Shown: piece after piece, positions 18,750 to 26,893 of the stretch | Layout: every line of letters starts with the position of its first letter | How positions within the stretch are numbered: the first letter of the stretch is position 1 | Source: Chloropicon primus | Lineage: Eukaryota | Assembly: GCA_023205875.1 (NCBI GenBank) | Contig: CP060769.1 | Location: 248,001-312,000 of the forward strand | DNA: 64,000 nt | Direction: 5' to 3' | Program-made: the position numbers and the translations under genes | The notes under the pieces: model-generated | Told to the model about the DNA's origin: nothing | Database searches by the model: none | Seen by the model: only the letters and a program-made list of their open reading frames with translations

Positions 18750-19844
18750 ATGGGAGCAACCCCCACCACCACCACAACGACGATGACTCCTCCTGCTGCT
18801 GCTGCTGCTGCTGCTGCTGAGGATGTTCCGGCGTCTCCCAATTCGGAGGCGACGGACGAGTCGTTCACGACGACTCCTACCCAGACGCCTGGTCCGCACG
18901 AGTCGCCTGGTCCGCCTCTGCACAGGAGCAGCAGCAGCAACGGGGGGACGAGGAGGACGCACACCCTGGCTGAAATCAAAGCCTCGCTGCTTCTGCTGGA
19001 TCAGAGCAACCGGAGCGAGGCCCCGACGAACTTGGAGCTCCTGGCGAACACGACGAACCGCGCGCCACTTCCCCCGAAGAAGGGGAGGCGCGGCCCGTCC
19101 TCCCGGTCATCGGCGTACAGGGGCGTGACGTTCTACAGGCGGACCTCGCGCTGGGAGGCCCACGTGTGGACCCAGGGCAGGCAGCAGTACCTCGGGGGGT
19201 ACAGGGACGAGGTGGAGGCCGCCCGGGCCTACGACAAGGCGGTCCTGAAGATCAGGGGGAGGGAGGCCGACACGAACTTCCCTGCGGAGGAGTACGCGGT
19301 GGAGATGGCCGAGATGAAGGCGAGCGAGATGACCACGGAGGAGTTCATCGCGGCCGTGAGGAGCGAGGCCAAGAGGCAGAACAAAGTCAGGAGGGAGAGG
19401 ACCGGCGGGAGGGACCCGTACCAGGAGTCCCAGAGGCTGAAGAGCTGCAGGAGGTGGCTGGAGAAGACCTTTGGGCAGCAGCAGCAGGTTCCGAAGGCAT
19501 CTCCTCCGCCACCCGTTCCCCAGCCTACCGCCGCCGCGACCACCACCGTCCAGCAGGTCCTTCAGTCGCTCCTGAAGTCCCAGCACAGGCCTCCCCCGTC
19601 CCCGACCTCGATCCTCTTGGATCAGCAGCTGAAGCAGATCCAGCTGGTCGAGCAGGTGGCCGCCATGGTGAAGACCCAGCAGAGGATCAACAAGCTCCTG
19701 GAGGAGCTCCAGAGCCCCCTCAACAAGGTGGTCCCTCCTCCTCCTCCTGTGGTGAAGAACAACAACAAGGCGTCCTCACTCTCGGACCTGCTCGTTCGAC
19801 TCAATAGCTTGGGGAGCAACGCGAGCTCGCAGCTCCGGTTCTGA
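18750..19844 (+). CDS. AP2-domain transcription factor, euAP2-like single domain
   Basis: [31 protein letters not shown]...AARAYD...TNFP...EEFI; ATG at 18750. Confidence 0.92.
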   Translation: [364 protein letters not shown]

Positions 19845-19964
19845 ACAAAAGGAACAAAAACAAAAACAAAAACAAAAACAAATTCTGTGATACATTCATA
19901 CACACACACACATCCACGAAACTACCGCCACCACCCCAAATCCAAGACCCCTCCTCGCCCCGCC

Positions 19965-21440
19965 TCAGCCCCGGCGGTGGTGGTGTTGCTTGTTCGTCGT
20001 CACCTTCATCCACGGGATAGCCTCCCGGATCATCTCCACCTGCCGGTAGCTCAGCGGAGCCTCCTTCTTGATCCTCGGGTGCTCCAGGAGCTTGACCGTC
20101 TGCAGGGTCGGGTAGTGGACCGCGTACTCCCTCTTGTCGAACCTGTACTTGCCCAGCACGATCCTGCCGTTCTCATCCAGCTTTCCGTAGATGGACTCCC
20201 CGTTCTCGTCGTAATCGACGCCGTACGTGTAGTGCAGAATGTAACCGTCCTTGAGCTGGCAACCCTTGCCACCCGGATCGCAGACATTGATCTGCGGGGT
20301 CTTGTCCCAGGGCGTCTGCAGCATGAATTCCGGGTGCAGGTCGAACTCCACTGGGGGGTCCTGCTGCGAGCACGAGATCGTGAAGGCCCACATCTCCAGG
20401 ACCCAGCCCCAGTACTCCTTGGTCGGCTTGTACGTGTCTATCCTGAAGGCGAGGTCCCTCCAGACCGGGGCGACGCGGAGCATCTGGTGCTTGTTGATGA
20501 TGACCGGGGAGTTGCCCGTGGGAAAGATCTTGTCCAAGCTCACGTTCTTGTCGTTGAAGTGAGCGACGAGCGGCTTGTGCTTCGGGTCGTCCTTGACCCT
20601 CATGTAGTGGAAGGGGAAGGCGGCAGCGGTCGTCTCGGTCGCCCAGTTCGGCATCGGCTTGAGGAGCAGGTGGTCCGGCTCGCTCATGAAGATGTACTCC
20701 TCCGAGATGTTGGTCCTCTCCAAGAACTGCTGGAACGCCCAAGGCCTGTTCAGCACCTTGTAGCCCCTGTGCTTCTCCTCCGGCTCTGGGTCGACCACCA
20801 CCGTCGGTATCACGTCCATCAGGTCGTCCTCCCTCCCCGTGTGAAGGAGGCGGGTGAACCCCCCGAGGTCGCTCTCCGGGTGCTGCTGCTTCATCTTCTT
20901 GTACCAGTAGTAACAAGCCTGCACCTGCCAGGAGTTGTACACGTTGCTGTCCGTCGTGACGACCATGTGGTACTTCCCGCTGCTCGAGGGCTTTGGGACA
21001 CGCTGCTGCTGCTGCTGCTTATTCTTGGCGCCTGCCAGCGTCGTCCCAATCTTCCTGAAGATGGACCGCTTCCTCTCCTCCTTTGCCGGAGAAGCTTTGC
21101 CAGACGGCTTCCCCACCGCCTCCTTGGCCTTCCCCCTTCGTGTGCTCGTGGTCTCCCCCCCGCCGAGCTGGGGCTTGCTGACGCTCTCCCTCGCTGCCAG
21201 GCCGCCACCCCTCACCCCAGGGAAGGTGTCCACGTGACGATCCGAGACGTGAGCCTGCTTCCAGTGGCTCCTCGACGAGCCGAGAGCAAAAGAGATCCAG
21301 GCGTAACCCAGTATCACTCCTATGCACAAGGCGAGCAAGTGAAACACCTGCACCTGTCGTGACACCCCGGAATATGAAAAGAGGGACGACGAAAACGAGG
21401 AAGATGTCGAGCCTCCTCCACCACCTTGCGCTCTCCTCAT
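19965..21440 (-). CDS. HPAT: Hydroxyproline O-arabinosyltransferase (GT95)
   Basis: Type II membrane anchor; WQ...YYWYKK, GGFTRLLH.G..D.LMD.IPT.VVDP, LNRPWAF, EPDH, GNSP, GWVLEMW and LHYTYG. Confidence 0.92.
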   Translation of the reverse strand: MRRAQGGGGGSTSSSFSSSLFSYSGVSRQVQVFHLLALCIGVILGYAWISFALGSSRSHWKQAHVSDRHVDTFPGVRGGGLAARESVSKPQLGGGETTSTRRGKAKEAVGKPSGKASPAKEERKRSIFRKIGTTLAGAKNKQQQQQRVPKPSSSGKYHMVVTTDSNVYNSWQVQACYYWYKKMKQQHPESDLGGFTRLLHTGREDDLMDVIPTVVVDPEPEEKHRGYKVLNRPWAFQQFLERTNISEEYIFMSEPDHLLLKPMPNWATETTAAAFPFHYMRVKDDPKHKPLVAHFNDKNVSLDKIFPTGNSPVIINKHQMLRVAPVWRDLAFRIDTYKPTKEYWGWVLEMWAFTISCSQQDPPVEFDLHPEFMLQTPWDKTPQINVCDPGGKGCQLKDGYILHYTYGVDYDENGESIYGKLDENGRIVLGKYRFDKREYAVHYPTLQTVKLLEHPRIKKEAPLSYRQVEMIREAIPWMKVTTNKQHHHRRG

Positions 21441-21942
21441 CGCCCTCCACCCCCTGTCCAGCACTTGCACGCAGATCAACAACAAACTCTAGTCCCTGTC
21501 TCACTCCCTGCACCACCACAACCACAACAACATCGTCTCTCTGTTGCGACAGGAAGAGGAAGACAAAAGGAATCGAAGGAAATCGATCCAGGAGCGAGAA
21601 AGATGAATGAAGAGCTCAAGGATGGCCCTCCCCTACGATTGCTTCCCTCTTGGTCAACCTCTTGACCCACCAATCGACCCAATCCCGCTTCACCAGTCCA
21701 GTGCTCCAAGATTGTCCTTGGGTTCCCTGCACCCCAATCCTCACACCCCACCACCACCACCACCAGAGGAGGAGGAGGAGGAAGAAGAGTTCATTCAACG
21801 ACGAGGTCCGGGGTCAGGAGCGCAAGGAGACTCCATCAAAAGATACTTCATCTCAAGACCTTTCGATTCATACCCGAACTTGCGTTCTTCCAGGGTCGAG
21901 GTCGATTCGGTTCCGATTCATTCATCCATCCGGTTGTTCCCG

Positions 21943-22896
21943 ATGGCCACGAGGTGTTGTTGCGTTTGCCTTGGAGTGAGGGAGTACCTGAGTAGGCAGA
22001 GCGGGCGGCCAGGGACGAGGTGGTCCTCTGTCTCGTCCACTCTCCGGTTTCATTCTCAAAGCAGGAAGGCGTTGCCTCGGTTTTACGTGGACGGCTTCGT
22101 GGAAGGCAGCGTGGTGCTGGAGGGGAAAGAGGCGCAGCACGCGACGAAGGTGCTCAGGCTGAAGCCTTTGGACGAGATCGAGGTGTGCGATGGGCGCGGC
22201 GGGATCGCGAGGTGCACGATAAGGACGGCAGCGTCCAGCTCCGGCGGGAGGAGGGAGAGGGAGAAGGCCTTTCGGGTGACAGCGGCGGTGGAGTCTGTGG
22301 AAAGGGAGCCCTGGAAGGGGCTGAAGTGGGTGCTTTGCGTGGCCGGGGGGTCGGTGAAGGGGCAGAGGGGGGACTGGCTGGTCGAGAAAGCGACGGAGCT
22401 GGGGGCTTGGTCGTTTCAGCCCTTGCTGACCGACCACTCGAGCCGGATGGGGAGCCAGAAGCGGACCAAGGGCGGCGACGGAAGTGGGAGGGAGGAGAGG
22501 TGGAAGAGGCTCGCCATGGCAGCGTCGAAGCAGTGCCTTCGCTCGCACATCTTGGACATTCGACCCGCCACTGACCTGGACGATCTCCTCGCCAAGTGCA
22601 GCGGGGAGGCCAGGGACAGCGGAGGCAGCTTCATCGCCCTCGCCGCCCACCAGTCCGGCCGGCCCCTGCTGCCTCAGGTGACCGAATGGGGCGGAGGCAA
22701 CCCTCAGCAGCAGCACGCCCTGGGCTGCTTGATCATCGGGCCGGAGGGCGACTTCTCGGAGAGGGAGCTGGAAATCCTCAAGGCGCACGACGATGTCAAG
22801 CTTGTGGGTTTGGGCGATTTGCGATTGCGGGTCGAGACCGCTGCGCTGGCACTCCTCAGCGGCGTGAGGATTTTGGAGGAGGGAGCGAGCGCATAA
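21943..22896 (+). CDS. rsmE: 16S rRNA m3U1498 methyltransferase RsmE-like (probably organellar)
   Basis: HATKVLRL, LVEKATELG, ASKQC.R, IGPEGDFS..E and LRVETAA; start uncertain (ORF open from 21607). Confidence 0.9.
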   Translation: MATRCCCVCLGVREYLSRQSGRPGTRWSSVSSTLRFHSQSRKALPRFYVDGFVEGSVVLEGKEAQHATKVLRLKPLDEIEVCDGRGGIARCTIRTAASSSGGRREREKAFRVTAAVESVEREPWKGLKWVLCVAGGSVKGQRGDWLVEKATELGAWSFQPLLTDHSSRMGSQKRTKGGDGSGREERWKRLAMAASKQCLRSHILDIRPATDLDDLLAKCSGEARDSGGSFIALAAHQSGRPLLPQVTEWGGGNPQQQHALGCLIIGPEGDFSERELEILKAHDDVKLVGLGDLRLRVETAALALLSGVRILEEGASA

Positions 22897-23021
22897 GAGG
22901 TCGCACGAATCTATTATTGTATACTAAAAGCGTTATACTGCTGCGGCCATCTCATCTTCGCGGCACGAGAGATCACACGAGTCTATACTTATAAACTAAA
23001 AGCTTTCATCTCATCTTCTGC

Positions 23022-25369
23022 TCAGGACTCGCCTGTGATGTACGAAAGCCAGCCTCCTCCGCCACCAGCCTGGTGGTCAGCGGCCACGCCTCCGTTGCTG
23101 TACTCGTCGTCCTGAGCCTTTCCACCATCCATGGTCGAAACGGGGAGGGCGTCCTCCTCCAGATCAGCCAGCATCTGCTTCAGTTCCGCGTTCTCCACTA
23201 CCAAGCGCATGGATTTCTGCGTCTCCTGTTTGAGCTTGGCCTTCACGGCGGCCAGTTCTGCCTTGAGGGCCGCGAGCTCAGAGTGCTCCGAGCCCGCGGA
23301 TGCTGGGGCGACCGTGCCAGAAGGCTCGCTTGGCTCTCCCGACCTGCTCTGCCCCTGGCCAGCACTCGCCTCCTCGCGTCCAACCTCGAGAGGCGCCTCC
23401 CGGGGCTTCTTCTCTGACCCCGTGGCAGTCTTCCTCATCCTCAGGTGGAGAGCGCACAGCCTATCCAGGTACTTGCCGTCGTATCCACCGTACGCCAGGG
23501 CCCTGGTCCCCTTGGTGTCCGTCTCGACCAGAGTCGCTCCCTCGCAGGAGAGCATGACATCGCCGCCAAGCTCCCCCAGTGAGATCCAAACGCCCCTCCC
23601 TTGGGATCCCAGGTTGGACAGGTCCATCACAAAGGCATCCGTGCACGCCCTGACATTGTTGCCTCCTCCTACGATCACCCAACTCCCGTTGCTCATCATG
23701 GCCGCCGCATGGCCTGCCCTCGGCTCCGGCAGAAGCCCGGAGACCGCGTCCTCCACGATGTCTGGCTGGAACCACTCCATGCTCTGGAGGTCCAACACGT
23801 ACAAGTCATTGAAGCACCTGCTCACGCTGCCTCCGCCGAAGACCACGATGTACTTGTCGTCAACGACCGTCATCGAGTGAGCCGATCGGGGGCTCGGAGG
23901 CTCCCCCTTCGTCTCCGCTAGCGTCCACGTGCTGCTGTGCAAGTCGTAAACGTAAAGGTCGTTCCTGAGCTTCTTCGTGTTCGTCTCTTCGCCTCCGAAG
24001 ACGTACACTTGGAACCTCACCAGCACACTGGCGTGCCCCCCCCTGGCCGAGGGAATGTTGTCCCCAAAGCTGTCACACCTCTCCACCTCCATGCTAGAAA
24101 GGTCCACCTTGTACACCTTCAAGTCGTCCGTTCTATCGTCTGGCTTGGTGTGCCCGCCCATGACGACGCACTTGAAGCCCCCCGTGTGCAGGTAGGACGC
24201 AGCAGCGAGGGCGGGCAGGACCGTCTTGTTGCTCTGGTCAACTTGTCGCCACTTTCTCTCGGACCAGGTCCGCGTCGGCAAGTCGAGCGACCAGCAGTCG
24301 TTCAAGTACCTCCCCCCCCACCTTCCTCCTATCACGTAAGCTTTGGACCCAATGCAAAGCGACCCGTGCTCGTACCTTGGCTTGGGCAGCGCCCCGCTTG
24401 CGCCCGGCTGGGCCCGAAGGAGCTCAAAGCTGCACTCGCAAGAACTCGCGGAGGCTTCGCCCACCCCGACGTCGTCGTCGTACCCGCCGTTGACGATGAT
24501 CTCCTGTCCCAACTCATCCTCGACCGGCACCTGGCTCCACCACCTCGGCACATCGATCTCCAGCTGCTTCACGTACAGCCTCATCGCTTCCTCCCTGGCA
24601 AAGCAAGCATGGAGAAGCAGCAGCGTCAGACACAGGAAGAGGAGGAGAAGGAGGAGGACCACCACCACCACCGCAATAATATTTTGATTGGGGCGTCCCG
24701 CACTTACCTTGACATCTGCCCGAGGTGATCCCAGGCCTGCCACAGCGCCCTCTCCCTGGCGTTCCATGCACTGGGCTTGGGCTCCCTGCAAGGCCCATCC
24801 ACAACTTGCCTGAGCGTGCGTCGTGGTGTGTGTGTCAGAGAGAGAGAGAGAGAGAGACGAGGTAGAAGACAAAAAAAAGAATGAATGAATGAGTGAGTGA
24901 ACTGTCGTGCCAGAAACGAAACCCCAAGGAATTGGCTCGCGCTCGTTCCCAGGGAGAAGACCGTCGGGAGCATGCGAACGCGCACGAGAAGATCCACTCG
25001 GGTTCACGTCTCGGTCAGCATGCCTTGCCTTCGCTGCCTCCCTGCATGGACAACACCACTCCACTCCGTCGTCGTTTGGAACGAAAGAAAGGACCAGGGA
25101 GAGCGAGGACGTTTTCCTCGTTCATGCGGATCCTTCATCCCGACGACGACGACAACAACAACGAGGAGGAGGAGGAGGAGGAGGACGAGACCATTGGGGC
25201 GTGGGGTCCTTCGCATGCTCCTGGCGAGGCCCTTGGGTTCTTACCTGTCCAAAGCGTAGAGCACGAGCTGCGTCTCGTCCGCGAGTTCCTCTCCTCTCTT
25301 CCTTGAGGCTTGGACGTAGGCCTTGGCCTTGTGGAACTTGTCCGGGTACTCCATCGTGGGTGACGCCAT
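23022..25369 (-). CDS. ACBP4: Acyl-CoA-binding domain plus kelch-repeat protein (plant ACBP4/5-like), 3 exons, 599 aa
   Basis: Exons 25369..25245, 24809..24708 and 24594..23022 (GT-AG, phases consistent); spliced N-terminus YPDKF...LVLYAL.RQVVDGPC..PKPSAW...EAMRLYVK is the ACB domain; kelch repeats, coiled coil, GGWLSYITG end. Confidence 0.9.
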
Positions 25370-26197
25370 GGAGGCTCTCTGCAGCCGGAGCGACGACACC
25401 AGCGACGACGACATCTGCTCTCTGTCTGCTGCTGGTGAAATGAGGAGGGAAGGGAAGGGAGGGAAGGGAGGGAAGGGAGGGAGGGGAGGATGGATGGATG
25501 ATGGTGAGGAGGAGTGGAGAGAGCTTCAGCATTGTCACACCACACTGCATTATCTCTCTCTCTCTCTCCCCTCTCCCCTCTCTCTCTGTGCCTGAGGGAG
25601 AAGAGGGACCAGAGAGAGAAGAGAGAAAGTGGGAGAAAGGGTTCAGAAGAAGGAGAAGGAAGAGGGGGGGGCGAAAGAATCGTGCAGGGAGCTTCAAAGT
25701 GACGGACCTCTATCCCTTTCCTCCGTCTCATCCATTCATTGGAGACGGGATGAGATGCTGCTGCAAGGTTCTTGAATGTTTGCGAGTGTGTGTGTGTGTG
25801 TGAAAGAGAGAGAGAGAGCGGTGGAGGGCAAGGGGACTTCGCCAGCAGCACATCGGAAGGGATCTTCACCCCTCCCCCCACCATCTCTCTCTCTCTCTCC
25901 CCTCTCCTCCATTGCCATTGTCCAGGAGCAGCTTTGACCTTGAGGCATGGCGGCGGAGATGGACCTTAACTTGAGAATTCAAACATTGGCCATCTATAAC
26001 GTAACGCCCGGGTACGAGATTGCGCGCGCTGGAGACGGAGAGAGGGGCGCGTTCGAGAGGTAGAGGAGGACGGAAGAGGGAACGAAACGGTTTGGAACCA
26101 GGACGAGGCGAAAGTGTGTCTCGCGGGCTTTCGGGTGATACCTCGCTTGACGCGTTTGACGCGGAGGCCGACCCTCCAAGGTTGACTAAGAAGGAGC

Positions 26198-26752
26198 ATG
26201 AGCACGACCACTGCAGCAGAGTGGAGACCAGGGATGGTGAGGGGGATTGCGTGGGAAGGGTCGAGGAGGAGGGCGAGGACTCGGAGGGGGAGAGGGGGTG
26301 GCACTGGGGTGGCGGTCGTCGCCGCCATCGCGGTCCTCTGCCTCTGCGCGGTCCTCGCGTCGTCCTCGGAGAGTCCTCAAGGAACTCGGAGGAGGCTGGT
26401 GCAGCAGCAGGAGGAGGAGTCCTACTGCGAGTGCGAGGGGGAGGACTTGGCCTGCCCCGAAGGCTTCATGAAAAACTTCGAGGCCAGCGAGGACATCAAG
26501 GAGGAGGGGGACAGGGCGATGTGGGCGCTGGAGTGCACGGGATTCAACTATTCGGACGGCGTGACCGACGCGGTGTGCCCGGACAGGTGCAAGCAGGAGA
26601 TCGAGAGGATCTACGGCGCCAGCGGGTACTGCGCGTGCGTCAGCAGCAAGGCTCGGGAGCAAATGTCGAAGCAGAGCTTCACGCTGCTGAACATGTCCCC
26701 CAACCAGATACTGAGCGCTTGCTTCCGCGCGTGCAATTTTTCCCTGCCGTGA
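26198..26752 (+). CDS. Small secreted Cys-rich protein with RRRL propeptide motif
   Basis: Hydrophobic signal/anchor, TRRRL, then a ~110-aa domain with 10 Cys; host-like codon bias. Confidence 0.7.
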   Translation: MSTTTAAEWRPGMVRGIAWEGSRRRARTRRGRGGGTGVAVVAAIAVLCLCAVLASSSESPQGTRRRLVQQQEEESYCECEGEDLACPEGFMKNFEASEDIKEEGDRAMWALECTGFNYSDGVTDAVCPDRCKQEIERIYGASGYCACVSSKAREQMSKQSFTLLNMSPNQILSACFRACNFSLP

Positions 26753-26893
26753 CACGGCGACCTCGCCCTCGCGTGCGTGTGTGTGTTGTACAGAAAGACT
26801 TTTTATTACATTATATCAAGCACAAGCAATAATACAGACAGCAAAGGAGCTCATGCATCCCCTTCCCCTTCCCCCATACACCCACACCCCGCC

